Assembly (NCBI GenBank): GCA_002633005.1
Contig: NMRA01000075.1
Coordinates: 605-64,604 of the forward strand
DNA from: Phoronis australis
Taxonomy: Eukaryota > Animalia > Phoronida
Length of the DNA: 64,000 bases
Direction of reading: 5' to 3'
Part shown: in pieces, positions 49,934-63,595 of the stretch
Numbering within the stretch: the stretch's first letter is position 1
How the letters are laid out: each line of letters starts with the position of its first letter
Notes under the pieces: model-generated
What the model was told of the DNA's origin: nothing
The model's input: the letters and a program-made list of their open reading frames with translations, nothing else
Databases searched by the model: none
Program-made: the position numbers and the translations under genes

Positions 49934-50299
49934 TTAATATTGTTGTAATTCCCAAACACCATAGACGCAGTTTTCACACAAAATGAGTAAATATGACGAA
50001 ACAGGAACACTCTGACGACATCCTCGGCTTATTCGAATGTTCAGTGATGACGTGTCATGGCAGTAGATTACGCAATTTGAACCCGGAAATAAGACTAGAC
50101 ATGCCCTCACACTGGGTCCAAAGCGTCATAATGACGTCAAAATAGCTATAGCCCCCAGCCCCCTATGGTGCGCCGCCCATGCTAAACATTCCTATAGGGT
50201 AGAATTTCAGAATTACACTGACGGCCAATGCCATTATTTAGCAGACAGACACACTGCACTAGGCAGTGCCCAAAATCAACAAAATAATGGATTTCAAGG

Positions 50300-50420
50300 A
50301 CTCAGAATCGAAAGCTTTTCCAAAGTCCACAAAGACTAACAGAGCAGGCATGTTATGACTTTCTGTGTAGTGCACAATATCGTAAGTAGTTCTGGTGTTT
50401 TCTCTCTTATACAAATCAGT
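50300..50420 (-). mobile_element. L1/Tx1-type reverse transcriptase fragment
   Basis: RTTYDIVHY...ALLVFVDFGKAFDS (D-F-x-KAFD motif). Confidence 0.7.
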
Positions 50421-52661
50421 TTGAATTTTGCTAACCAATGGCACTATGGCACTCTTAATAGGCTGAGCCACACAATTCGTCATTACTTTGTAAGTTGTAT
50501 CAAATATATTTCTACATGACAGTCTCTATTGGCTGTGCCTAAACAATGACGTATAAGCAGCGTCAATTTTGATCATGCTAAATAATTTAAGACATCATTT
50601 TTGTCTCGGAGTAACCAAATAGATTATCTACAGTTTAGATGGTGACCACAAAGTAAATGCTTTGGACTACTTTTGGTGGCTCACACCGGTACAGAAATTT
50701 GATAATTAAAACATTCCAAACTCGAGCTTAATTAATCTTTACGCCAATGTGTTGAACTGAAAGAGAACCTAAAGGCTCCTCTTAAGCTTCAAGCGTATGC
50801 CATGTTTACCAAACCATGAAGCGACACTGGTGATATCCGTCATTTTTTGACTACTCTTTATTTGAACACAGTTCTTTAATCGTGGCATGAGAACTCATTT
50901 GATTTTCACGAAATTACCAAGAATTTCTCACATATGTACTTAAAGATTATGAACATTGCTTCAATTTCTTGGAGATATAGGTAAAGACACACTTTTACTG
51001 TTTGAATAATTTACTGTTTTCTATTCAGGTTCCATGCGAATACAAGTCACTGTAAACCCTATGGGGCATGGAAACGTTTATTAGGCCTATACAAATATCA
51101 CAACTACGGGAAGGGAATTAATCGGAGTCCCGAAGGTGTCAACTGTTTGAAAAGAGTCTAATGTGCTCTATTAATATTTCATTCTCTAATGTATGTGTTT
51201 TTTGTAAAATCGCCGCCGAGACTATGTTGGATTAAGCAGATACACAAAAGTCATGCTTTGCAGCAAACATTAACTGGTGAAGAGTACTGGTTGACATGCT
51301 CTAGTTAGCGACAAAAACACGCAGAAAATTAATAAATAAAGTCCAAAGTTTATCGGGTACTAAACAAAGCAGGCGTAAAATTAGCGTCAAATTCGAACAA
51401 GTTTAATTATTGTGCAAGAAGTGACAGTTAAGCCGTAGTAATTAAATGGTATCCGTTCAGAGAGAAAAACATAGTTCTGCCGTTAACGCTATCGCTGTTT
51501 TTGTTTTTAAAACTCACAAGTTCCATCATGTATCACTAAGTTAGCAACACGTTGGAAAGTACAACCCTATGTCCTTTTGCTTATTATTGCTGTCTAGTAT
51601 ATTAATATGTAAATTTTGATGTATTGATTTATCGATGTCTACTAGTGTTTAACTCTTAAGAATGTTAAGATCGACGTCATTCAACCATATTACTGCTGCG
51701 CCACCGGAAATCAACTATTGACATGTAAGAATTAATTTCTACATGAACATTGCTTACTTCTTAAAAATCCCGTCACATCAAACATCACAGGATTGTATGA
51801 ATTACTTGTCGTTAAAATCCTTTCGTTGAAGTTTGTTAAGCCACGCGCACACCCCGAGTTATACTGGAAAAAATGTCCCCAGCCATGGAACGTCCCTACC
51901 GCACACCCTACATCTTGTGGCAAACACGGCACAAAAGGATTACACAGAGGTATATATGTATCTGAGCAGGCACCATGTTGGTACATTTAACTACTTCCGC
52001 CTCGTTTGAAGATTATCGTAAGCACTGCGACTTGCGCGAGGGCACGTTCACCTAGAACAGGTGCCACGTTATGTATTAAGTGTAAAGTTGACCCACCGCA
52101 ATTCATTCTATTGATACTGGATTGTTCTATTGTAACTCGTAGTGTGGACACAACTAAAAAGTGTGTCGGTTTTGGCTTATAAAAAGATAATGAAAACCAC
52201 CATTCCATCCAGTTCTCTGAAACAAAATAATGCTACGTAACCTTCAACAACCCTCCGAAATTTGCAGGAAAATTTAAAGAAAATCTTTACACTGTTTGCT
52301 ATATGCTTTTAGTTACACGACAACTTCCAGGGATAGCCTACCGACCAAGAACCAGGATACACAGTCTATAGGTGACGCGGAGAGTTTTGAGGCCTGTTTT
52401 TATCACTCAGCTGGGACGCCAACACTTTGCTTCAGCAGGTGACAGGCATAGAGTTGGTCGGAATCGCCAAAACAGGGTTTAGTATCCTTTAATTAAAGGT
52501 TGTTTAGCTGTCACTGTTGAATTCCTAACCGAAGCGCTTTAGGGTTTAAAATAATACCACGGTCATCGCATCTTGACTTTTTGCCGAATGATCGATTAAC
52601 TTAAATCACAGACAACACGTACATACATAGTTCGACTTTGCAACTTTAGGATTGACCAAAC

Positions 52662-52891
52662 CATGCGCGCACTCGGGGGGNGAGCCCCCCCCCCCATTTG
52701 GCGAAGAGGGTAAAAAGGTCCGCCTCCGAGAAAACGCGACAAAAGTTCACTAAAAAGGCGCAGACGCACGATTCTCACACATGAAGGTGGTACCCCGTTT
52801 TTTTTTAAATCCTCCCGCTTTTTGTTAGCAAAAGGTCCACTTCGCCAGAAATTCGAGCCCCCTCCCATATTAAAGGCTGGGTGCGCGCTTG
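52662..52891. mobile_element. Small MITE with TIRs CATGCGCGCACTC / GGGTGCGCGCTTG
   Basis: Inverted termini with adjacent G/C runs. Confidence 0.55.
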
Positions 52892-54071
52892 TATACACCA
52901 ATGATTTTTTTCTTGAGTCATTGATGGTTTCGATGTTTTGTTGGTAAGGGATATCATGTCCTATTAGGTTACGGAATATCACGTGACCGGTTTTATGAGC
53001 TTAAGCTACTTTTCGTTTTTTGCAGCTAAAACTAAGACGAAATGCTAGTAAAAGGCACCAAATATAAAGCGTAGAGCTGCAGTAACGCTAGTGACACGGT
53101 ACTAACGGCTACAGTGTATGTTTATGCGAGAATGCAATTATGTTTGAATACTCTTTTATAACTTCACGGCAAATGTTGGAATAGTCTTCAATAACGCAAG
53201 AGCCAAAAGTAAATTTGAGGCAGCTTTTTATCTCCATCATTTCCGGTTGTTGTACTAATGTTGTTGCTACGTATGAAACGACAACATTTGTCAATCCATC
53301 AACCCGATTGTCTCTACAAGGTAATTTTATGTTGGATGACGACTTTATTTAATACAAATGTCTTGAAAAGAGGGTAGTTTGTCCACGCCACATTTTAGAA
53401 TGTAAAAATTTTATTGCCTAAATGAGGTGTAACAAAAAGCGCTTTGTGTGACCACGAAGTACATGTAAATCAACTCTGTGTCAGGGCGACTATTTGGATT
53501 GCGTCGTTCCTTAACAGCGTCTTTTTAACGCATGTGAAATATTCTAAGGCAATTTCTTAATGATCTGGGGTTTTCGAGAGAAAATTTCCAAACCATGGTT
53601 AGCCTGCGTAAAGCTGGATAGCCTGCACCTACCATCCTCTTGGCTGTCACTAGTCAAAGAGTGGGCTGTGTCCAGATTGCTGGACCCTAGTTTGACGAAT
53701 AAGACTGATAAAATTCAAACCAAATTTTTTTTGCGTGTATTACATTGAAACAAGTCATGATCTTCGATCTCGCTCCAAAAATCCCCGAAATCAATTGTCT
53801 TTTTACATTATCTAATTTAATCGGTGTCCCTAGAAAATAGTCGCCAAGGTCTGCCCACTTTTTTTAAAAAACAGTCCGACATGTTTGTTGAAACAATTCA
53901 AAATTCGCCATATCTCATAAAATCGTGGGTAACTTCAATTTTAAACAGTTCAAGACCAAACAAAAATAGTCAAAAACAGACAATTAAACAAATTCAAAAT
54001 AACATAAGCACCATTACGCGATTCTCTGCTGATGAAAGCATGCACTGTTATCATTTTCTGAGACAACCTAC

Positions 54072-54341
54072 CTCCCTAAACACGTTCCCACAAACGTTGT
54101 GGTCCACGTGGAGTTCCTTGCTTCTGTAGAAGTGAAGGATGCTGTGAAAAGCAAGCGGGTTTCTGTCAAAGAAATATTCGTCTTCCTGGAAGTCATAGCT
54201 TTCATCGACTTCCTGCATTCGAGCCAGAAGAGCCAGTCTGCTCCCGGGTATCCGTTCCAACGTACTCAACCATGTTTCGTGGCGCGTGCCGCCAACGTTC
54301 AGGACGATCTTGTGATCGTAACCTGTCTTTCCTTCGTGCAT
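54072..54341 (-). CDS. KCNC: Shaw/Kv3-type channel exon 1: T1 (BTB) domain
   Basis: MHEGK...IVLNVGGTRHET...TLERIPGSRL...EYFFDRNP..F..IL.FYR..ELHVDHNVC; in-frame stop upstream of the ATG; GTAGGT donor, phase 0. H-x5-C-x20-CC zinc site is completed by exon 2. Confidence 0.95.
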
Positions 54342-55911
54342 CACGACACGGATGTAAAATTATCCAAAGTGTTCGCGGTAGGGAGAGGAGCGGCCAGTGT
54401 CACATTGCGCTATGCAGTTCACGCAACACTTGGAGATATGGACAATTCCACGGCTGTTATATACATTTTAAGGACATCACTATCAGTCACTTCAAATACT
54501 TCCTTTGGCAATTCGGTTTGTACCAAATAACGTTTGTCTTTGGTGAAAATATAGGCACTGTACTTCGTCTAGGTAATCACTAAAAGTTAACTTTCATCCG
54601 CTGGAAATACGACGTCCTTTTAATGAATTACAGTGCTGTAAACGGCATTGGCAAATAATGTACACTACGCATCAATACATTCTCGGAACAGAATTTACAA
54701 TTCCGATCGCTTCGCAGTAGCGTTTCTGATATAAAACTTCAGGCACACGCATCCATTCAGTTTTGACTGAAACATTGCCTCCGGATATGTTTCCTAGTGA
54801 ATATTTTATAAAGATTGCGTAGATTAAATATAATATCAACGTTGCCATGCGCGTCACTCGTAATTATCATCCGTTCAACCCGATGCCAATACATACAAAA
54901 GTATAGACGACCATTGTCTAAAATCAAAGATCGATGCGGTTCGAGTTACGCTTTACAAATTTCACAATCGACGGCGGATTTTCCGCTGAGTGTTTGGATT
55001 GCACGTTTGCACAAATATATTGACTTCCGTCTTTAACAGAGCACGTCGAGCATAAACTGCAGGCATTACCTGGGTCTCTAACACTGAGCTTGCTGTGGTG
55101 AAAAATCACAAATCAATAAGCATTGTGTTTCTTCAAGTCTTTTAACATAACGCAGTACCTACATGTAAACCGATAGCTTACTTATTTACATTTAGCTTGC
55201 GACATTCTGTTTAGACTAACAATATCAATTACTTGCAATAACAACGATACCCGTAACAGTCACTGTTCACGTAACAATAAATAAATGTTCATAATCATAA
55301 AGGTAATTAGCCAATTTCATTAAATGTCATAAGTCGATCGTAGCTGAGACGGTCGCAAGTATGTTAGGGCCGTGCAAACTTAACAGACAGAATCGGTTTG
55401 GTGGCGGAAAGCGCATCTTTGGGGGGATTGCTACGAGACGGAATATCAAGCTTTTGTGATTTATTTCGCTTTGTCTAAATTTACAAAATAACAAAACTGT
55501 TGTGTTTTGTGATTTTACTACAAATTGCCCTTCTCGTCATTCGCGGAAATCCAGGCGGCAGACTTTATCACTTGAAATACTCGGGTGAGGTTTAGCTGCA
55601 CTGGTAAAGTGTAAGACTGCAAGCGCTGTGGTCGTGAGCTTGAAATTCCGTGTGATCTCAGAAACAACTTTCTCGAGAAAGTCCATAACTTTAAAAGGAC
55701 GCTAAGCCCTATTGACTGATTTTAAAACCAATCTTCCCATCCAGTTCTCTGAAACAAAACAATACCCTGTGACCCTCGACAACTCTCAAAATTTTGTAGC
55801 TAAATAAGAAAACTTCTACCAAAATCTGCCAATTAGGAAACCGTGGCCTTCGCTTAAGGTGAGTTACACGACAATTGTAGGGAAAAACCACCATCCAAGA
55901 ACCATAATATC

Positions 55912-56069
55912 CAGTGGCGGATTTAGAGGGGGACCAAGGGGGCCATGCCCCCTTAAAATTCTCCCAGATTCCATTTGGCAGTTCGGGAGTGCGAATTTTT
56001 GACTGGCAAAATCGTGGCTAATACTCTGTCCTGCGCCCCCCGCAACTTAGAATCCTGGATCCACCCCTC
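55912..56069. mobile_element. CAGTGGCGGAT-type MITE
   Basis: Termini CAGTGGCGGATTTAG / CTGGATCCACCCCT. Confidence 0.55.
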
Positions 56070-58677
56070 ATATCTAATTTGAGACTCCAGATTTTTTAGT
56101 TGAATCCTGTTGGTTCGTGCTTTTTAACCTACTTTTGCAAATTAAAATCCACTAATGTCAGTTTAAACGGGTGACGAAACGATAATTTTGGATCTACATG
56201 TAGGTCTCTACTCCAAAGGCATCTTGGGCACTTCTGGTATTGTGGTTACCAAATTTCTCCCGAAGTGTAAGCTAGGTTATCTTCAAAAGTGAGGACTTCA
56301 GTCGTGCGGCTAGCTATGTGACTTTAGAACTGGAAATGTTTGGCCGTATGTCTGTAATCAGAGGGTTATAACTTTTGAACGAGAATCAAATGCCTACGAA
56401 ACAGACCTACATGAATGTTCCTAAAATAGAATGTAGCGTATACGTTTGTAAGCCCTATCTCCGACAGATTTTAATTACAGAAACTATTTGGTATTTTGTT
56501 GATGCATACCGAATGTCTGTCACGTAAAACCGGAATCTTAATTTGTGTATAAAATAACAGTGTGTGCTTTTGGTCAGAAAACTGTGTTTAAGGTCAGTGG
56601 AGTGTCTTCCATGTTTTCGGTTGCTGATATGGTGAAGGTCAGTGGAAGTGATTCGTATTCCGTCGAAAGACATGATTCGTATCACATTTATCACAAGCAG
56701 GACAGCTTTCTATCACTGTGTTCCGTGACCCTCTGGCCTTGCATCATCGAATGAAGCGACTCTATTTTAGACTGGTTTCGCGTGTTAGAATTTGAATGAA
56801 ATGAGTCTGCACATGCACGTGGCATAATTATTCAGTGTATATGTATATGTGTATGTATACATGATAGTTTTCCCGGATGAATGAATGCCCATGGTTTCGC
56901 ACAGTACATATTCGATGGTTCATGCTTTAGGCATTATCAGTAAGTAATTGAAATTCTTGTTTCCCGCGCAAATACAAAGCTCGACATATCGGCAAGGTTG
57001 TAATTAAAAAGAGAAGATATTTTAGGCTTTCTGTTCACTAACGAATGAAAAATTTAGTCACATCACCGATGTTTGATCAATCCAGTTCCGCAGGGAATAC
57101 AGGAAAATAAAACGAATGCATGAACTGATATCACAATCACCAATAGTCGTAAGATGTTTTGGATCGTACTTATTGTTCGAGCGTATAATTCAATGGTTCT
57201 GGCTTATGAATCGAAACTCCTGTGCAAGACTAGCCAACACTCAGCTCAAGCAGAGCTGAAGGTTCATGGAAAAATTTCCCCAGATTCTGGAAAATGGACA
57301 TAAATCAGAAGGGTAGAGTAAGGCCGAGCTAGAGTAGAAGGAAACTGCCATGTTGCAGACCTCGACGATCGATCGGGTTCCTTGTGCAAATATCAGTAAC
57401 TTGTTGTTTTTAGCTGGTAAACTTGCTGATCCAATATAAAATCTGGGCAAACTAACTGTTGTAACACGTCCATTTTTTCCCGCAATGGCCGCAGATGCAG
57501 ACGGAGCACCTAAACCTATTTGTTGATTCACTCAGGTCCAGTGGAGGTATTCCTAGTTTTTTTGTTGACATAAATTGTTTAACACCAGTCGTCAACTATA
57601 ATATTGTTGCCACTTGCTAGATCACAAACACTTCGGCTTAGCTGTCGTCGGAAGGAGATGGAATGATGATACGAAGGTCATCGTCGAAGTTCAAGTTGCT
57701 TTTGATTGACAATTCTTCCAGATTTTTTTGGCGACACCAAATAAATGTTTCCACGATTATTGTTAGAGAATAAAAAGACCTAAGGCGTTGGGGATTTTTT
57801 ATTCCAGGATCAAAGATCACGGTTCGTTTTTATGTACGCCATAATAAAATTCGGTTTAATTTGAATTTTGTCCGTCTTATTCGTCAAACTCGGGTCGATG
57901 GTTGCACTTGATTGACTTCGCTAGTTTTACCAAGTCAACCAGCTAAGACATCTTATTATTTGATAATGACGACTTTCTGCTAACAGACCAATCAGATGTC
58001 GTACAGCAGGATGGCTCTAATCGGCGGAAACGACAATGTTAATCAAATACAGCTAATTTTATGAACCTCACTTTCTCCCGCTTTTGCAACGAAGAAACGA
58101 TAGGGTCGACTTAAGACTTAAAAATGGGCGGCGACACACAGGGGGCTGGGGAGGCTATAGACCTACCTTTTTTAATGCTGCGCCGCCATTGTTAAAACAG
58201 AAATTTGGTCTTACGCTCCCACTTTGCAATTGCTAAATATTAAGGTTTAGACAAGTAAATTATGAGCGCATTGCAATCTAGAAATAATTCCTGGGGATTA
58301 TCTCAGTACTTCGTAGTTCTGTTTATATTCTCAGAAACTTTGCACTTTTGCTTAAGTGAGATCACAAACTATAGTAGGGCCTACATGGACCACTGGCTCC
58401 GTATATTTTTATTGGACGAAATCAGTGATCTTACGCCATGACGTCATTTTTCACTAGGGACACCTGGCAGACATGGCACGTTTTACTTCCGGCAAAGACG
58501 TCGTCTGCTAATCATGGTCATTTCGTCGGGATTTGTATCGACGATTTTGTCTAACCCGCATCCGTTTAAATAAATTGAACGCTCGTAGAGCGTTACTTTC
58601 TTAAATAAAGCTCATATTAATACTCCAGAAATAACCACCAGGCCTTAAAACCCAAAATTTCAAAATAAAAATTTCTG

Positions 58678-59078
58678 GGCCCGGTCTCTAATCTTTGTAC
58701 TCGGAACGAACTCGAAACTATTTTTGGCAATTTCTCTGCTCCTTTTGTGCGAACTTAAGATAATTGGTTATCAGACTGTGCTCGAATACATTATAGTTTA
58801 TGCATAGGGGTTTCTAGTTCAAGTTTGCTCTTGAAGACCCTTATATTCGTGCTACAAACTCGAGTAAAAACTCGAAATTTCGAGTTCAAACTCGAACTTA
58901 TTGCTTTAATATTGGGTTTACAAACTGTGAACTAAGGGCTATAAATTATCTTCTTAAATTATTGTGTACTCTAGCATGGAATAATAGACACATATCTTGA
59001 GTTCGCCCAAAAGTAGAGTAGAAAATGCCAAACCTAATTTCGAGTTCCATTTCGAGTAAAAAGATTGGAGACTGGGCC
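58678..59078. mobile_element. PIF/Harbinger-type MITE (401 bp)
   Basis: TIRs GGCCCGGTCTCTAATC / GATTGGAGACTGGGCC and a perfect CTG TSD (CWG type); homologous to 4127-4530. Confidence 0.85.
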
Positions 59079-59619
59079 CTGGACTCTACTGTTGGTTCAG
59101 ACCTCGAACCGCGTTTCAATGCCGAAGTTATTCTTTTCGTTGTTCTAGATAGTAAAATAGATTGAAGCATTTCCCGTCACAATACACTAACCGGAAGCTG
59201 AGCTTGCCATGTTAACAGGGTGGCGCCTCCTCTAGGATATTTTGCAAGAAAATGTTGGAGTTGACAATCTGTTGCCTATAATATATGAGATTTAATTATT
59301 TTTCAGAAAGAGCTGTGTGGTGCGTAAGAACAAATTTCTGTCCAAGTCTTGAGTCATTTTTCATGAAACAAACCTCAGACGTTGATTGCAAAACACCACA
59401 TTCGTGACGCACACGCTCCATTTGCTCGATTTTTGGTTTGGTAAGGCGACCTCCTTTGCTAGATGGTGATTAAACTTTGCTGAAGCAAATTTGCTCAGGC
59501 TCTCGAGTGGTGGAAAGTAAATATTCACGTTAAAAAAGGGAAGAAACTTTTGGCAATTTGTTATGAATTGTGAGCAAACGTGTGAAAAGAGCGAAATATA
59601 GGGATTGGCCAACATATAT

Positions 59620-60086
59620 GGCTCTCTATTTCATGGTGTTCAAAGTTGCGCAACGATATCTTCTACACACTCCTCGTTGCACTACATTATTTGCAGAAGA
59701 TTCAGTTCGCAATGCCTTACCTCATACCATTAATAACCTTCCTGAAAGTTTTTTTCAAAAAATGTTTACCCATTGGTTATCTTCTGCTATAAAATATTCT
59801 AGGAACGTTTGCTTTGAAAGTTATGAATTTGAGTGCACTATTCCCAATTGCTTTGTGTGTAAATATTTTGAATAAGCTCTCATATCACCAAGTTTTGTAA
59901 TTCTAGTTATCTGTAACAGTGTATTTTTTCTGGTGACTCCGTGGTTAGCGGACGCTTTGTGCCCTTCACGGAGTCTCCATAAGATTTAATTTGTATAAAT
60001 TGTACTTTTTGTCTTAACGTGAATAAACTTGCTGCTGCTGCTGCTGCTGCTGATGGTGGTNGTGCTGCCGCTGCCGCTGCTGCTGC
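59620..60086 (+). mobile_element. 3' end of a CR1/L2-group LINE with 3' UTR stem-loop and (CTG)n tail
   Basis: ORF end ...PHTINNLP...YEFECTIPNCFVC; stem GACTCCGTG/CACGGAGTC (about 59935-59976); AATAAA followed by the microsatellite. Confidence 0.7.
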
Positions 60087-62582
60087 ATTGCATTGTTTTC
60101 GTAACGCTAGCCAACTTAATTAACTCAATACAGAATGTAGATTTTAATGCCGTATGTTTTGCTCATTTTTTACTCAAATCATTACAAAGCTGTGTATGTA
60201 CACAGCTTTACACCAAGGCTAGACTGCCTGGTACGCAGTGGGCTGATCCTTTTTATAAAATGTCAGTTTACATGGACCAAATTTGCACATTTGAGTAAAT
60301 TTACTTATGAACAAAATGTGCACAGGTGTGTAAAAGTAAATTAACTATTCGTCGCTGGATTTGATGTTGTTAAAGTCGGTTAACATTAGTTTGTACTGCG
60401 ACTAACGGCAGGCATCCACTAATAAATTGAATTGGACTAAAAGGCTGCTTTACTAAAACACGAAGCTTACGCAAATGTTGAATACAACGCAAGGTAAGTT
60501 GCCAGGTCATTGCACTTTCAACGCTCTTAACGGTCTTTGTTACATACAAAGTTACTTCAATAACGTAATTAAGCAAAGCTCACTTGTGCGCCTGCTTAGA
60601 ATAAATTCAGTTTGAGAAAAACTGAATGACTAACTAGCCTACTGACAATACATTGAAGCCCTCGAATACGGTTACCCAGAGCCTGGTTAAGAAAATCACA
60701 ATGAACACCTACACCTGTAAAGAACATGTGCTCATTTGCACAGCTGACTGGTGGCTAGCGTAAAAAATCAAAATGAACACCAGAGGTCGTCGGGCTCATG
60801 AATGTTTGCTTAAAAGAATTCTGAACCCTGTTTCGATGATTTTCCCCAATCCTCGATCGCTCACTTGCTAATGCATCATTGGCGTCAATCTTCCAAGTTA
60901 AAGACTGAAATCAACAAAAGACTCTAATTCCTTATGGACATAACAGGCGTTGGTGGGTGGTCTTTTCCCACTGTTGCCGTGCAGTTCGCTAAAGGCGTAG
61001 GTCACGCTTGCCCGTTTAGCAGACTTTGAAAGGATTTTTCAAACTTTTGAGGGTTTTCAAAGGTTACAGAGCATTATTTTGTATCAGAGAGCTGGATGGG
61101 AAAGTCGTTTTTATTATTATTATTATCTGTTAATACATTTAGGCCAAAACGGTATCCTTTTAAGACATAAAACAGAAATTTGGCTTTACGAGACCCCCCA
61201 TTGGGCAAAAACCTGCTCCTCAGAGAAACAAAAACTCCGAAAAAAGTAGAGAACGAGACAAAAGTCCACTAAAAGACATTAACTATCAAAATTCGCTCTG
61301 AACATCGCCCGTGAATCATAGTAAAAGGTCCAAATTCTTAAGAATTCGAGCCCCCCCCCCCCTATTTTGTAGGCTGGGTGACTGGCTTAGTTTCCAGAAG
61401 AATTGAACATGCTTCAGAAATTTTAAATCATCAGATTGAGACCCAAAATAGAAAAAATAAGCAAACCCAACATTGTTTGCATGACAGGAAGGTCAGGTTT
61501 AGGAAGGTCAGGTTTGGAAAGGTCAATCTTTTTGCCATGGTGCATATTCTGCAAAAAGCAAAATACTTAGTTTGCTTTGTGTAGGTTTCTTGTTCGAATG
61601 CTCGTCTCCTTGACTTAAAAATGTCTGATTGACCGTGACGACACCGATGTGACAAAATTAATTTTTTACTCAATTTCGTTTTTCGCTTGTCAGGGCTGAA
61701 GGTTAGTATGTACTCAGCTGTTTTATTGGTTTTAAGTAGAGTATTGTGACGGCTAGATCTAAAAGTGCTGGCAGCATTATGGTCGGCATTCACCGGAATG
61801 ATGTTAACCAATAGTCGACTGAAGTCGGCGAGCACAAATACCCATAGTTTAATTTAATGCAATTAATTTAATCTAGTGAAACGAACCCACTAAGCAACCG
61901 CCATTAATATATATAACTCTCCCTTCCTTTCACTGTGAACTACCTTCAGATCACACAATCTGCAAATATGACCAACGTAAATATCACTCTTAACGTACGG
62001 GACTGTTTCATGCAATCCTAGTGGGATGTGAACTTTTAAAGTGGGTTTAAGGTTTTGTACATGTAGCCGCGAGCTTACTCAGATTTTACAGTCGAATTCA
62101 TAAAGGTGGTTCAAGGTTAAACCTGGTGTGAATTGGAAGAGGCAAGATTTTAAGATAATACACATTTCAAAAGGGTGGTTTACATTTTAGATCAGCAGTC
62201 TAGTAAATCCTGGTTTAACTCTGGTTTTAACCTGGTATAAATCGGTTTTCATGTCATCAAATAGGTCTAAATTCGTTAGGCCTGTATTTTGATACAGGAT
62301 CTTGAACTAGAGTAGCGTTCAATAACGCTGGGATCTCGCTAGCAAAACAAGACTTCGCGAAATTACGCGAGATATTGCCGTGTATTCTGAATGAGAACAC
62401 GTGATTTTGGCTAGAATTTCTAGCCGCGAGACAGCTACTGAACTCAAGTTTAACTTTAAGCCTGGTCAGACCCATGTTTGATTATCATTAAAAAGAGAAA
62501 GCAACCTTTTTCATGTCATGTTTAGTAAAAATACGGTTCGTTGATTATCCCAGACATTTTTAAATTAATTACAGCTTCCAGT

Positions 62583-63595
62583 AATTTAATTAATTAGTCT
62601 TGCCCTATTCAGGAAGTGGCGTTTAGGGGGTTGAAAAATTCCGCCATTTTGTTTTCAAATACCTGTAGTCCGACTGTGTGAGCTGTCGAGTCAGTCATTG
62701 TTTAACCTCGGTTGTGATAAGTTCGGCCGTCCAGTCAATCAACATGCAGCATGGTCACTGCGTACTGGGATGTGCTCATTATCGTCTCACGCGCACTTTG
62801 CGGTATACCATTACATCGCTTTCCGAAAGATGACACACTCCAGAGTACTTGGCTCGTTCTTGTGAAGAATGCAACGTTATCCTATCGTGAAAGGTACATA
62901 GCAGTGCAAATCACCGAGGATGTGGTAATCGTTTTCTGTCATTGGATTACGAAAGACATTTGTACGCGGAATTGATGAAGGTTCCTGCAAAACAACGCCT
63001 GAAGAAGGATGCCATACCGTTGCTGTTGATTCCCGGCGGTGCTTTGTCACCACCCCCGAGAAGTGTATTTTTGAAGCGAGAAGCCTCGCGAGCTGTGGCC
63101 TCTACAGTGACTGGAGGCCCTTCATCTACTGTCACCCGTGCCTCCGAGTGTACCATAGAGCGTGCTATTCCAGGAACTAGCAGTGATTCGCCCTGTGCTG
63201 GTGTTGTCTCCAGCGCAAAGCCTGTCAGTATCCCTGCAGCGATGTTGAGTAGTGGGAGTGAATACCGGCACAGTTCGACACCCAGTTAGGAGGACAGCTC
63301 GTCGTCGAGTGAACAGGCCGTCACTCACGTCGCTGTGATACGGGTCGCCGGTCCCAGCCATTTTCAGGCTATTACAAACTAAACGATCCCCTAACGTAAT
63401 TGAGTTCTATCGCAACTTAGCTTGTCACAGAATACTCGTCGATGGAGTATGGTGAAGACAATTTTAGGAAACCAGCAAGAAAACAGTAGTAGAGCATATC
63501 CTTACAGTAAACTCAAAGGCAGAAACAAAATGGCGGGAAGTTTTTAACACCGCAAACGTCACTTCCAGAGTAGGGCACGGCTAATTAATTAAATT
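62583..63595 (+). mobile_element. About 1-kb TIR element carrying a frameshifted THAP domain
   Basis: About 75-bp imperfect TIRs (AATTTAATTAATTAG..GCCCTA..GGAAGTG.CGTTT..CCGCCATTTTGTTT). THAP residues LHRFPKD...W and DYERHL..ELM...LKKDAIP are split over ORFs 62751-62975 and 62942-63289. Confidence 0.8.

Noticed and set aside
54342-54530. Upstream ORF overlapping the Kv start (TGATG)
   Set aside because: The overlapping frame has an upstream TAG and no ATG, so this is treated as 5' UTR.
55580-55660. tRNA-like sequence
   Set aside because: The B box is degenerate and there is no cloverleaf; at most an old SINE head.
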